Assembly (NCBI GenBank): GCA_963845535.1
Contig: CAWJSK010000014.1
Span: 32,001 to 96,000, forward strand
Source: an uncultured Spirochaetota bacterium
GTDB taxonomy: Bacteria; Spirochaetota; Spirochaetia; SZUA-6; Fen-1364
Length of the DNA: 64,000 nucleotides
Reading direction: 5' to 3'
A program made the position numbers and the translations under genes. A model generated the notes under the pieces. That model saw nothing but the letters and a program-made list of their open reading frames with translations. It searched no databases and was not told where the DNA came from. Below, one piece after another: positions 10,143 to 20,486 of the stretch. The stretch's first letter is position 1, and each line of letters opens with the position of its first letter.

Positions 10143-10985
10143 CTATCTGCGGGACCGCGCGGCAAGGATCCTGTCCAGCTCTTTCTTGAGCGCTGGCACG
10201 CTGTCCGCGTAACGAATGATCGCTTCGAGATAGCCTCCCGGTTCCCCGGTATCGAGCCTTTCACCCTCGACGCGTGAGAAGACAACACGGTTCCTCCGGG
10301 CCAGGGCCCGAACGGCTCCCGTGTGGAAGAACTCTCCTTCGCCGTGGCCCTTCCATTCCACTTCAAGCTGTTCGAGGAAGTCAGGGGTATACAGAAATCT
10401 CCCGATAGAAGCCTCACGGCTCGGCTCTTTCCCCGGGGACGGCTTTTCGACGATGTCCGTGACATGAAGCCCGTCAGGGGCAATCGAAATGACCCCGTAC
10501 CTGTTGATGTCCGGAGGGTCGTGCAGCGTGGCAAGCACGGTGCAGCCGGTCCTCTTCCAGGCGTCGATGAGCTGGAGGGAAAGCGGCTTCTTGCCGAAAT
10601 GGATGTCATCCGGGTAGGCGACGACAAACGGATCACTGCCGGTGAAGGGATGCGCCAGGAGCAGCGCATGCCCGGTCCCCTTCATCTCGGCCTGGCGCAC
10701 AAAGAAAAAGGACGCCTTTGCCGCTGAGATGGCGGCAAGCTTCTTCTGGTCTCCCGCGGCTCGAAACACGCTTTCCAGCTCCACCTCGCGGTCGAAGTAG
10801 TCCTCGATTGCCTTCTTTCTTCGGGACGTGATGAAAAGGATTTCCGTGATTCCCGAGGCAATGAACTCTTCCACGATGAAATCGATGGAAGGCCGGGTGA
10901 CAAGGGGGAGCATTTCCTTCGGGATGGTCTTTGTCACGGGAAGGAAGCGCGTCCCGTAACCGGCGGCGACAATAACGCCTTTCAT
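10143..10985 (-). CDS. galU: UTP-glucose-1-phosphate uridylyltransferase
   Basis: AAGYGTRFLPVTK.IPKEMLP, VEKP. Confidence 0.9.
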   Translation of the reverse strand: MKGVIVAAGYGTRFLPVTKTIPKEMLPLVTRPSIDFIVEEFIASGITEILFITSRRKKAIEDYFDREVELESVFRAAGDQKKLAAISAAKASFFFVRQAEMKGTGHALLLAHPFTGSDPFVVAYPDDIHFGKKPLSLQLIDAWKRTGCTVLATLHDPPDINRYGVISIAPDGLHVTDIVEKPSPGKEPSREASIGRFLYTPDFLEQLEVEWKGHGEGEFFHTGAVRALARRNRVVFSRVEGERLDTGEPGGYLEAIIRYADSVPALKKELDRILAARSRR

Positions 10986-11101
10986 GATGGGTGATTATAG
11001 CGAAAGAACGCCGAATTGACTAATGCCGGGCTCCTCCGGTAATCTCGATGGGCTCACTCGTAATTCCTGGGCTCACTCATACGTCGGCACGTGGGGGGGA
11101 T

Positions 11102-12323
11102 ATGAAAATCTGGATTAAGCTGCTTGTCGGCTCGATCATAGGGATAGTTCTGGGCTTCGTGATCCCGGTCCAGGCGCAGCAGTTTTTCGACTCGCTGTCC
11201 GGGGTGCTCATCGGCATTGGCAGATACGTGCTGTTTCCCTTCATCTTCTTTTCCCTGGGGATCGGGACCTCCGAGCTTCGTCAGGAGAAAAGGCTTGGCC
11301 GCGTCTACCTCTCCAGCCTGAAGTATCTCGCGCTCTCCGCAGCGGTTCTCATTGTGATCGGAACCATCTCTGTCCTGGTTTTCCCGCCGGAGCGGATCCC
11401 CATCACCGTGGAGGCGGGCAGGAGCTTCGAGCCTGTCAGCGTCCTTCAGGGGCTCAGGACGATTTTTCCCCGAAACCTTTTCTCCGTGTTCAACGGCAGC
11501 GGGGACTTCCTCCTGCCCGTCATGGTGCTTGCTTTCCTGCTGGGAGCCAACATGGACTTCGACCGGCAGCTCACGCGGCCCATCGTCCAGATCTTCGACT
11601 CCTTATCACGGATTTTCTATCACTTGAACTCCCTTGTCGTGGAGTTGTTTGCAATCGCCATGATCATCATCGCGGCGGCGTGGGTGTCGCACGTGACCCA
11701 CGCTGACCTGGGAATGTACAAGCAGATCCCTCATCATCCTGGGAGTGGACGTGGCGCTGGTGGTTTTCGGCGTTTTCCCGGGCGCCTTGTATCTCCTGGG
11801 GATCAAGGAGAACCCCTATCGATGGCTGTACGCTTCCATCGGTCCCGCTATTGCCGGACTCTTTTCCGGGGACCAGTACCTGTCACTCGGCGTGCTCACC
11901 AAGCACGGCAAGGAGAGCCTCGGGGTCCCGCGAATGGTGGGCTCCGCGGTCTATCCCCTGTTCGGCGTCCTGGGCCGCGCGGGAACGGCAATGATTTCCT
12001 GCGTCTCTTTCATCCTTATCCTTCGATCGTATTCCAGCCTTGAGATCACGTTCTTCCAGACTTTGTGGGTCATGCTTTTCACTTTCCTTGTGTCCTTCAT
12101 CCTGGGAGCCGTGCCGGGCAACGCCGCGTACTTCTCCCTCTTCATGCTGTGCACTCTGTACGGCAAAGGCATCCAGGAAGGGTACTTGATCCTCGGCACT
12201 ATCGCTCCCATCCTCATCGCCCTCGGCGCGTTTGTGGACGTCCTCAGCTCGGCCTTTGTCTCTCTCATGATAGCTCGGGAAGAGGACGTATGGACGGAAG
12301 TGGAGACGGAGAACTTTATTTAG
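11102..12323 (+). CDS. Dicarboxylate/amino acid:cation symporter, frameshift near 11729
   Basis: Two abutting hydrophobic ORFs; FP.N.F and GAVPG motifs; removing one C in ATCCCTC joins them. Confidence 0.8.
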
Positions 12324-13118
12324 GGCGCTGAAGCGCCGCCTGACGGCGGCTGCGCTCCCGCTGAGGGCTGCCCTCCCGCTGGCGTGGGGCTGAGCGGCTG
12401 CGGGAGGCGTGGTTGCGGGAGCCTGCGAAGCGGCCGGAGGCTGAGCGGCCGCGGGAGTTGTGGCCGCCGGTTTTCCGCCCAGGGTGATCACAAAGCCGAT
12501 ATCCAGACCGACCAGGAGCTGGTCGTAGAAAGGCAGGCCTTCTCCGTCCCACAAGTGGAACAAGGGGTACATCCCGCGAAGCGTGAAAGCAAGCGTGACC
12601 CCGTCCACGACGTGCCATCGTGTGATGAACCTCGTCTCAGGGTAAATGAAGCGCCCTTGGGAATAGAAATACGTCACCCCATCCCCAATGTTCGTGGCCG
12701 AGCTTGGGTTCTGAAACTCGAAGGGGAAACGGATGAGGAAGTCGACCCCCAGCGCTCCTCCCATTTCGATGTCCTTGGATAACGTATACAGAAGCCCCGA
12801 TTGCAGCGTGATCAGGCTTCCGATCGTGAGGAAGCTTGTTCCCGACTCGTACGGCGCAGGGACAGTCCGCCCTGTGATAGGGTCTACCTCGTAGTAGCTG
12901 CCGAAGAACTCGATGGAAGGCTCCAGGAAGAACGGCCCGTCTGATTTGATGGGCATGGATATCCCCAGCGTCTGCACCAGGGGGCTGGGCGCGCCTGGCG
13001 GCGAGCTGCCTATGAAAAGCAGGCCGGCGTTGATGTCCAGCTCTGAAATCTTGAGGGCAAAAGCAAACGCCGGGATTCCAAAAAGAAGGAGGGAGGCGAT
13101 GATGACTCTTGCCCTCAT
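12320..13118 (-). CDS. Secreted/outer-membrane beta-rich protein with Pro/Ala tail; frameshift near 12386
   Basis: Signal peptide; removing one C gives tail ...GGQPSAGAQPPSGGASAP* ending at 12320. Confidence 0.7.
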
Positions 13119-13170
13119 GACAAAGAGTATAGCACGCACGAGGCGCCTTTCGTAGCCGGCGAGCCGCGCC

Positions 13171-14502
13171 TCACAGGATGTTCGACGCCAGCTCGGCAAG
13201 CCTGGATCGCTCCCCTTTTTCCAGGGTGATGTGGGCGTACAGGGACTCTCCCTTCATTCGGTCAATGAGGCACGTGAGTCCGTTGGAGCGCGAGTCCAGG
13301 TATGGGGTGTCAATCTGGTACGGGTCCCCCGTGAAGACCACCTTGGTCCCTTCCCCTGCCCGCGTGATGATGGTCTTCACCTCGTGCGGGGTGAGGTTCT
13401 GCGCCTCATCGATGATGAAGTAAATCTTCGACAGGTGCCTGCCCCTGATGTAGGCAAGCGGCGTTATGACGAGCTTTCCGTTCTCCACCAGGTCATGGAT
13501 CCGCTTGTACTCGGGGGCGGTCTCCTCGAACTGGTTCTGGATCAGCGTGAGGTTGTCGAAAAGCGGCTGCATGAAGGGGTCCAGCTTGCTCTTGATGTCC
13601 CCGGGGAGAAAGCCGATGTCTCTGTTGGAAAGGGGCACGATGGGTCGGGCAAGGTATATCTGCTTGTAGCTCGACCTTTTCTCCAGCGCGGCGGCAAGCG
13701 CCATGAGCGTCTTGCCCGTGCCGGCCTTGCCTGCCAGGGTCACCAGCGGGATGTTCTCATTAAAGAGGGCATCCAGGGAGAATGTCTGCTCGGCGTTGCG
13801 CGGCTCAATGCCGTATGCCCGCCGCTTCTGAATGTGCCGGAACGCCTTTTCCTCCGCGTTGTACACGGCCAGCGTGCTCTTGTTTTGGTTGCGGATGATG
13901 AAGTACTCGTTGGGAAACGGGTCTCGGGTAAGCGGGACTTTTTCCCGGGCAATCGTTCCTTCCTGGAAGAGCTCGTCTATCAGGCCGCCGTCGACATCCT
14001 GCAGAATGTCCTTGCCTTTGTACAACTCGTCCATGTTGAGGATCTTGCCCGTCTCATAGTCTTCCGCCTTGACGCCGATGCTTTTGGCCTTCATGCGGAT
14101 GTTGATGTCCTTGGAGACGAGGATCACACGATCCTTTCCGTACTCTTTCGCCATGTTGAAGGCGGTGGAGATGATGCGATGGTCGGGCTTGTCCTCCCAG
14201 AACACATCCCCGAGGAGGCCGTCACGCTTCACGTTCGTTTCCACGACGAGCGTGCCGCCGCTGGGGAGCGGGATCCCGTCGCTCAGGAGCTTGTCACCGC
14301 CCATGGCGTCCAACTTCCGTGAGAACTCACGGGCGTTGAAGTTGATGATCTCGTTCCCTTTCTTGAACTTGTCGATCTCCTCCAGCACGGTGATTGGGAT
14401 GACCACGTTATGCTCCTGGAAGGAGGAAATGCACGCGTGGTCATGGAGAATCACGTTGGTGTCAAGAACGAAAATCTTGTTCGACCCTGAAAGAAGCGCC
14501 AT
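13171..14502 (-). CDS. PIN-PhoH (PhoH2-like) ATPase/RNase
   Basis: FVLDTNV PIN motif; G.AGTGKT, GFLPG, IRGR, DEAQN, TGD..QID. Confidence 0.93.
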   Translation of the reverse strand: MALLSGSNKIFVLDTNVILHDHACISSFQEHNVVIPITVLEEIDKFKKGNEIINFNAREFSRKLDAMGGDKLLSDGIPLPSGGTLVVETNVKRDGLLGDVFWEDKPDHRIISTAFNMAKEYGKDRVILVSKDINIRMKAKSIGVKAEDYETGKILNMDELYKGKDILQDVDGGLIDELFQEGTIAREKVPLTRDPFPNEYFIIRNQNKSTLAVYNAEEKAFRHIQKRRAYGIEPRNAEQTFSLDALFNENIPLVTLAGKAGTGKTLMALAAALEKRSSYKQIYLARPIVPLSNRDIGFLPGDIKSKLDPFMQPLFDNLTLIQNQFEETAPEYKRIHDLVENGKLVITPLAYIRGRHLSKIYFIIDEAQNLTPHEVKTIITRAGEGTKVVFTGDPYQIDTPYLDSRSNGLTCLIDRMKGESLYAHITLEKGERSRLAELASNIL

Positions 14503-14535
14503 GGCGATAGTGTAGGGGGGCGCGGGCGGCCGATC

Positions 14536-14595
14536 AAGTAGGGGCGAATCGAGTAGGGGCGAATCGAGTAGGGGCGCGCCGAGTAGGGGCGAGGC
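14536..14595. repeat. 4 x 15-bp tandem repeat (GAGTAGGGGCGAATC)
   Basis: Units start at 14536, 14551, 14566, 14581; lies between two divergent -35 boxes. Confidence 0.9.
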
Positions 14596-14647
14596 TCGTA
14601 TTGAGGACCGCCCCCCGCGCGGCTATACTGGGTCGGAAGGAGTTGAT

Positions 14648-14974
14648 GTGGACCTCGCGTACAGGGAAATGGGGCCGGACGAGCAGGAGCTGGATTGGCG
14701 GGTGACGAAATCAGTCCTGTCGGACGCGACCCTCATGGGAACGCTGCAGAACGCCCAGAGCACGGGGCAGAAGCACGCCGTGGTGGCCCTGGTGGAGGGA
14801 GGCCAGCTAAAGGAGGCCTACGTCAGCCCTGAGGCGGCTGTGAAGACCGCCTACCCGTTCAACGCGGTGGACCAGGCATTCGAGCTCTATGATCCTTCCA
14901 ACGGCGTCTGCCTGGTGATCGTGAGGGACGGCAAGGTTGTCATTTCGATCAACGGTCTTATCGGACGATCATGA
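14648..14974 (+). CDS. Hypothetical protein
   Basis: AAGGAG SD; promoter TTGAGG-17-TATACT at 14601-14629. Confidence 0.75.
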   Translation: MDLAYREMGPDEQELDWRVTKSVLSDATLMGTLQNAQSTGQKHAVVALVEGGQLKEAYVSPEAAVKTAYPFNAVDQAFELYDPSNGVCLVIVRDGKVVISINGLIGRS

Positions 14975-14987
14975 AGGAGGAACGGAA

Positions 14988-15290
14988 ATGCCTGAACATC
15001 CCCTGAATACTCTCAAGAAGTTGGATCCCGCTTATATGAGCGAGTTCGAGAAGATGGAGGACCTCGTCTATTCGGATGGCGCGCTTTCGAAGAAGGTAAA
15101 GCTTCTCATGGCGCTTGCATTCGACGCCGCTGACGGCGCCGTCAACGGGGTGACTGCGCTGGCACGGCAGGCCATGGCCGCGGGGGCCACAAAGCAGGAG
15201 ATTGCGGAAACCGTACGGGTGGCGGCGCAGCTTGGCGGGGTCGGAACATTGTACACCGCGTCACAAGCGCTGAAAGGGATCGTGGACTGA
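14988..15290 (+). CDS. Carboxymuconolactone decarboxylase (AhpD-like) family protein
   Basis: GAL..K.K.L.AL, A..AGAT..EI.E; no CxxC. Confidence 0.85.
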   Translation: MPEHPLNTLKKLDPAYMSEFEKMEDLVYSDGALSKKVKLLMALAFDAADGAVNGVTALARQAMAAGATKQEIAETVRVAAQLGGVGTLYTASQALKGIVD

Positions 15291-15298
15291 GGAAAAGG
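15276..15298 (+). repeat. 23-bp direct repeat, copy 1
   Basis: GGGATCGTGGACTGAGGAAAAGG, identical to 16175-16197; contains the CMD stop codon. Confidence 0.95.
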
Positions 15299-15308
15299 GA
15301 TTACCGCG

Positions 15309-15620
15309 ATGCGGACCCACCAGGAAATTGAGGAACGAAGCCTGGCGCTCGCAAAGGCCATTGCTGCCAGGATCGACGCGGACCCTGATCGGGCAGGACT
15401 GAGAAAGGCGCAGGAAGTCCTGGCGCGGTGGCTGACCACGGTTGCCGCACCTGATCTGGACCTGTGGAGGGAAATCCTGGAGCGTCCGTGGGGGGAAATT
15501 CGTGACGCCCTCCTGGACCCATCCGAACGGGGAAGGAGGTTGCGCCAGTCAAGCCCATTCTGCGGAGTCCTTACCCCTAAAGAACGATGGGCCATCTGGA
15601 GAAAGCACCGGGTGCCATGA
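15309..15620 (+). CDS. Putative antitoxin-like helical protein
   Basis: 103 aa, RSL.L...IA, W..IL, LRQSSPF.GVL; ATGA overlap with the NTase gene. Confidence 0.7.
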   Translation: MRTHQEIEERSLALAKAIAARIDADPDRAGLRKAQEVLARWLTTVAAPDLDLWREILERPWGEIRDALLDPSERGRRLRQSSPFCGVLTPKERWAIWRKHRVP

Positions 15621-16132
15621 CGCGCAATCAGCTTGAGCACCTCATCAGAGCGTCAGGCTCCATTGCCGGAAGCGACACGATTGTCGTCATCGGCAGCCAG
15701 GCAATCCTGGCGTCTTTCCCCGAGGCCCCGCAAGAATTGCTCGTTTCCATGGAAGCGGATCTCTATCCCCTTGACGATCCGCGAAAGGCGGACGTTATAG
15801 ACGGTGCGATTGGAGAGGGATCGCCGTTCCACGAGGAGTTCGGCTACTACGCGCACGGGGTAGGTCCGGAAACCGCGGTACTTCCGCCTCTCTGGATGGA
15901 GCGAGCGGTCACAATACAAAACAGGAACACCCGCGGAATTGCCGCGATCTGTCCGTCGCCTCAGGACCTTGCAGTTTCCAAGCTCGCCGCAGGCCGCGCA
16001 AAGGATTTCGAGTTCGTTCGCGCTCTCCTGCGGCACAAGCTGTTGGACAAAGAAGCGGTAGCGCGGGCCGTCGAAGAGTTGCCTCCTGAGCAGCGCGTCG
16101 CGGTGGCAGATCGTCTGGCTTTGATAGGATGA
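15617..16132 (+). CDS. Pol-beta superfamily nucleotidyltransferase (DUF6036/AbiEii-like)
   Basis: VIGSQA, S.EADL, DL.VSKL.AGR.KD motifs. Confidence 0.8.
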   Translation: MTRNQLEHLIRASGSIAGSDTIVVIGSQAILASFPEAPQELLVSMEADLYPLDDPRKADVIDGAIGEGSPFHEEFGYYAHGVGPETAVLPPLWMERAVTIQNRNTRGIAAICPSPQDLAVSKLAAGRAKDFEFVRALLRHKLLDKEAVARAVEELPPEQRVAVADRLALIG

Positions 16133-16174
16133 CATCTTGTACCCGGCGAAGGCACTCTCTACAACTGCGTTCAG

Positions 16175-16197
16175 GGGATCGTGGACTGAGGAAAAGG
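16175..16197 (+). repeat. 23-bp direct repeat, copy 2
   Basis: Identical to 15276-15298. Confidence 0.95.
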
Positions 16198-16224
16198 ACG
16201 GCGTCCCGGCGGTGCGCCGGGACG

Positions 16225-16777
16225 CTTTGAATGCAGTTCCAGTTGAAGTAGCAGGTGACGGCCGTTGTAAAGCGGCCGTACCGATTCATGGTCTTTGTCG
16301 TCGCCGGTGGGCCTCCGGTATAGTTCGAGTCAAAACCAAGCCCAAGCTCACCTGCCCACGAGAAGTTGTTGAAAAGAAGTACTCTCCGCCAACAACAGCC
16401 CTCAGTCCCAGGTCAGTGTAGGCGGACGTCTCCCCCGGAAATGGAGAATCCCTGTAGCTGATCTCCGCACCAAGATATGGCGACACGCCTCCTATCACTC
16501 CAAAGTGATATTCAAGGCCGCCAGCAAGGTGTAATCTGTTGTGGTCACCGTTGTGACTCCTATGGACAGCTGTCAGCAAGCCCAACTCCGAGACGGGTTG
16601 CAATGTTATCCGTGAAAAAGTACTTTACTCCGAGAGCCCATCGGGGAGCCGTACACAAGGCCTGTGAAATGTCAGGCCTCCTTGGAGGCCGAAATCGCCC
16701 CCTTTTGGCGCTCCTTCGGCGAACGCGAGAGTGCCCACCAGCAAGAGCACAAGGACGGGGAGAAGCAGCCTCTTCAT
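16225..16777 (-). pseudogene. Decayed outer-membrane beta-barrel protein
   Basis: Signal peptide, then GVKYFF, GLEYHF, SPYLG, GGEYFF fragments in different frames with several lesions. Confidence 0.65.
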
Positions 16778-16961
16778 TCTGAACCTCCGATAAGATGGTA
16801 AACTAGGCATCCAGAGTGGAAAAATCTCCGAAATGGAATGCCACACTAAAATAATAGAGATTGGCCGTCAGGGTCAAGAATTTTCTTATCAGGGATTTTG
16901 TCCCTTGCCCCGCGCGGGGCTATCTGGTACAAGAGTGGCACCTAAATGGGAGGTAAAATGA

Positions 16962-17729
16962 ATGGGCTTGATGACAGGAAAAAAGGGTATTATTTTCGGC
17001 GTGGCAAATGACAGAAGCATCGCATGGGGAATTGCGCGCGCGCTTCACGCGGAAGGAGCCTCCATAGCGTTCACCTACTTGAACGAGGTGTTTGAAAAGA
17101 GAGTGAGGCCGCTGGCGGAGAGCCTGGGCTCTGAGCTCATCCTGCGCTGCGACGTTCAGAACGAGGAGGAGATCGAGGGCGTTTACTCCGAGATCGAGCA
17201 GAAATGGGGCTCGCTGGACTTCATTGTCCATTCCGTGGCATATGCGGGCCGGGAGGAGCTGCGGCTCCCGTTTCACCAGACGACACGAGAAGGGTTTCGG
17301 GTTGCCCTGGACGTCAGTGCCTATTCCCTGATTGCCGTAACGCGCGCCGCGTTGCGCCTGATGTCGAAAGGCGGGTCAATCATCACGCTGACCTATCTCG
17401 GCTCCCAGCGCGCCGTCCCGAACTACAACGTCATGGGCGTTGCAAAGGCCGCATTGGAAGCCACGGTGCGCTACCTGGCGGCAGAGCTGGGTGAGAGCGG
17501 GATCCGCGTGAACGCCATTTCGGCCGGTCCCATCCGCACGCTGGCCGCTTCCGCCATCTCCAACATTAGTGAAATCTTCGGGATCATGGAGAGCCGCTCG
17601 CCCATGCACCGTTCGGTGACGCAGGAGGAGGTGGGCAAGTCCGCGTTGTATCTGCTTTCAGACCTTGCAAGCGGCGTCACTGGGGACGTCCACTTCGTGG
17701 ATACCGGCTACAACATCGTGGGGTTGTAA
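16962..17729 (+). CDS. fabI: Enoyl-ACP reductase
   Basis: GVANDRSIAWGIA, YNVMGVAKAALE, ISAGPIRTLA. Confidence 0.96.
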   Translation: MGLMTGKKGIIFGVANDRSIAWGIARALHAEGASIAFTYLNEVFEKRVRPLAESLGSELILRCDVQNEEEIEGVYSEIEQKWGSLDFIVHSVAYAGREELRLPFHQTTREGFRVALDVSAYSLIAVTRAALRLMSKGGSIITLTYLGSQRAVPNYNVMGVAKAALEATVRYLAAELGESGIRVNAISAGPIRTLAASAISNISEIFGIMESRSPMHRSVTQEEVGKSALYLLSDLASGVTGDVHFVDTGYNIVGL

Positions 17730-17757
17730 CCCCTGCACGGCTTCGCCGTGCAAGGGG
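17730..17757 (+). terminator. Hairpin after fabI
   Basis: CCCCTGCACGG-cttcg-CCGTGCAAGGGG. Confidence 0.6.
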
Positions 17758-17811
17758 CTCTCGCTGTTTCGCTTCGCGAGCCAGCTGCCGCCCTCCGCAC
17801 TGGGTACAGTG

Positions 17812-18204
17812 CTAGGGATCCCACTCGCGGCCGCCAAGGGCAACGCACAGCCAGTGGCCGCTTCCGGCATGCGCGGAAACGGTGAGAGTGAAAGTCCCCC
17901 GACCGGAGAGGGTGATCCTGTTCCCCTTCGTCAGGTCCACTTCGATGATCGGCTCTCCCTTCTTCTCGATGCGGACCCATGGTTCAAGGTCCTTGCCGTC
18001 CCAGATGAAAAACAGGTAGGTGGGCGACTCATCGGTTCGAACGACGAAGCTCGTGTGAGTGTTTGTCGGCCCAAGGAAGCCTTTCCGTCCTTCGACTCCC
18101 AGGCCGGCTCCGAGGGCGCCGGCAATCCGCACGTCCGCAAAAGAGCTGACGACCGAAAGGGAAAGAAATGCCAGGAGCGCCGCGGCGAGTGCCGTCCTTT
18201 TCAT
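17812..18204 (-). CDS. Secreted hypothetical protein
   Basis: GAGG SD; signal peptide ending SFA. Confidence 0.7.
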   Translation of the reverse strand: MKRTALAAALLAFLSLSVVSSFADVRIAGALGAGLGVEGRKGFLGPTNTHTSFVVRTDESPTYLFFIWDGKDLEPWVRIEKKGEPIIEVDLTKGNRITLSGRGTFTLTVSAHAGSGHWLCVALGGREWDP

Positions 18205-18214
18205 GTGTTTTTCC

Positions 18215-19723
18215 TCACGCCGTTGGAATGATCTCGTTTTCCTTCAACACGACGTCATGCGCCCCGCCCTCACGGATGCTCACCGCGGAGGCTAACGTAA
18301 GGCGCGCCATTTTCTGGAACTCCGGTATTGAGAGTGCGCCGCAGCTCACCATGGCGCTTCGCACCTTGTCCAGCGTCACGTCCAGGTTGTCCTTGAGCTT
18401 GCCCGCATAGGGAACATAGCCATCCACTCCCTCTTCGAACCCTGGCCCAACCTGCCCGGCCTCGTGGTAGCGCTGCCAGTTTCGGGCCCTGTTGGATCCT
18501 TCGCCCCAGTACTCCTTCACGAACGAGCCGCCGACGCGCAGGCGCCTGCCCGGCGCCTCATCAAAGCGCGCAAAGAACCTGCCCATCATGACGAAGTCAG
18601 CGCCCATAGCGAGCGCAAGGGCAATGTGGTAGTCCTGCGCGATTCCCCCGTCGGAACAGATAGGGACGTAGGTTCCGGTCTTCTTGAAATACTCATCCCG
18701 CGCTGCCGCCACCTCGATGACCGCCGTGGCCTGTCCTCTCCCAATGCCTTTCTGCTCCCTCGTGATGCAAATGGACCCGCCGCCAATGCCGACCTTCACA
18801 AAGTCCACGCCCGCTTCCGCAAGATAGCGGAAACCTTCCGCGTCCACGACGTTGCCGCCGCCCACCTTCACCGATTCCCCGTAGGTTTTCCTGATCCATT
18901 GAACAGTATCGGCTTGCCACTCGGAAAAACCATCTGAAGAATCTATGCAGAGAACGTCCGCGCCGGCTGTGACGAGGGCGGGCACCCTCTCCGTGTAGTC
19001 GCGCGTGTTGATCCCCGCCCCCACCACGAGCCTCTTGTTCGCGTCAACGAGCTCCCGAGGGTTCTCCTTGTGCTCGGCGTAGTCCTTTCGAAACACCAGG
19101 TACGCGAGGTTGCCTTCCTTCGTGATCACCGGAAGACAGTTGAGCTTATGCTTCCAGATGAGGTCATTTGCCTCAGAGAGGCCGATACCTTCCCCCGCAT
19201 AAACGAGATCGGAAAACTTCGTCATCAGGTCTCCCACCCTGGCGTCAGGCGCCGTGGTGGACAGGCGGTAGTCCCTGCTTGTCAGCATGCCCAGGAGCTT
19301 CCCGGAGGGAGAACCGTCTTCTGTAACCGCCATGGTGGTATGCCCGGTCCGGTCTCTGAGGGCAAGCACGTCCCGCAGGGTGTCGCCGGCGCGGAGGTTC
19401 GAGTCACTGGGGACAAGGCCCGCCTTGAATCGCTTTGCCCTGCCCACCATGTCAGCCTGGCTCTCCACGGGCTGGGAGACGAAGACAAAGGCAATCCCGC
19501 CGCAGCGCGCCAGCCCGATTGCCATCTGATGGTCCGACACGGACTGCATGACGGCAGACGCGAAGGGGATGTTGAGTCGAATGGCGGCCTTCTCTCCCTT
19601 TCGATGCTTGACCAGCGGCGTGCTCAGGTCCACGCGCGCGGGCGCGCAATCCTTGCGGGTGAGGTTAGGAATGAGGAGATACTCGCTGAAGGTATGGGAA
19701 GGTTCGGAGTAGAAGTACGCCAT
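18215..19723 (-). CDS. guaB: IMP dehydrogenase
   Basis: [17 protein letters not shown] pair, DGG, YWGEGS, EEGV. Confidence 0.96.
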   Translation of the reverse strand: MAYFYSEPSHTFSEYLLIPNLTRKDCAPARVDLSTPLVKHRKGEKAAIRLNIPFASAVMQSVSDHQMAIGLARCGGIAFVFVSQPVESQADMVGRAKRFKAGLVPSDSNLRAGDTLRDVLALRDRTGHTTMAVTEDGSPSGKLLGMLTSRDYRLSTTAPDARVGDLMTKFSDLVYAGEGIGLSEANDLIWKHKLNCLPVITKEGNLAYLVFRKDYAEHKENPRELVDANKRLVVGAGINTRDYTERVPALVTAGADVLCIDSSDGFSEWQADTVQWIRKTYGESVKVGGGNVVDAEGFRYLAEAGVDFVKVGIGGGSICITREQKGIGRGQATAVIEVAAARDEYFKKTGTYVPICSDGGIAQDYHIALALAMGADFVMMGRFFARFDEAPGRRLRVGGSFVKEYWGEGSNRARNWQRYHEAGQVGPGFEEGVDGYVPYAGKLKDNLDVTLDKVRSAMVSCGALSIPEFQKMARLTLASAVSIREGGAHDVVLKENEIIPTA

Positions 19724-19869
19724 TGAAGAGTCCTTGGGGCAGGATAACGAGAGGCGGAGAAAGCTTCAAGGCTACAACTGAGAACGCCGGCGCCCGCCGC
19801 ATTGCGCCACGCATTTTCGCTGCTCTTGACAACACCATCCCCGCAGAGAATGCTCCGGGAGGAGTCAGA

Positions 19870-20472
19870 ATGAAAAGGGACCGACTGTCGCTTGCAATTG
19901 TCTTTTTCACTCTCATCCTCACAGGCTGCGCCTCATCGCCACCCGAAAGACAAAGGCAAATCATGCCTGATGACTCCATTGTCGTCGGGCATATAGACAA
20001 AGGAACAATGTTCACGGGAGCGCGTCTCGCCCGACTCGTCTTTCGACAGACGGGCCCGGAAGCCGAACAAGGCAAGGGCTCCTGGGACTTCAAAACGGAC
20101 GGGAAGGGATACTTCTGGAGCATCATGCCGCCCGGGTCGTACCGTCTGGACCGAATATTGTATACCACCTGGTTTGGAATCGAAGTGGCCGAGGTCGATT
20201 CACCGAAGGAAGGCAGGGGAGAGATCGACTTCGAGCTTCCCGGCGGCAGAAGCGTGCTCTATATCGGATCATACAAGCTCATCCCTGTTGTCAGGCTGAA
20301 CTCGGTGCATATCGGTCGATCAGAGAAACCAACGGAGCAGGAGGTTCTGTCCTGGCTGGTGAGGCGTCTCAAGAAGGACAGGAGCATCAGCGGCGTCGCG
20401 CCGTCAGTCCTGGACGCGGTTAGAGAGCAGCTTGAAAAAGTTGGCGGCGAAGTTCCCATGAAAGCCGATTGA
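19870..20472 (+). CDS. Hypothetical lipoprotein
   Basis: GGAGG SD; LTGC lipobox. Confidence 0.75.
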   Translation: MKRDRLSLAIVFFTLILTGCASSPPERQRQIMPDDSIVVGHIDKGTMFTGARLARLVFRQTGPEAEQGKGSWDFKTDGKGYFWSIMPPGSYRLDRILYTTWFGIEVAEVDSPKEGRGEIDFELPGGRSVLYIGSYKLIPVVRLNSVHIGRSEKPTEQEVLSWLVRRLKKDRSISGVAPSVLDAVREQLEKVGGEVPMKAD

Positions 20473-20486
20473 GGGATTGCGGAACG

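Noticed and set aside
14536..14595. Possible mini CRISPR array
   Set aside because: 15-bp period, no unique spacers, no cas genes in the window
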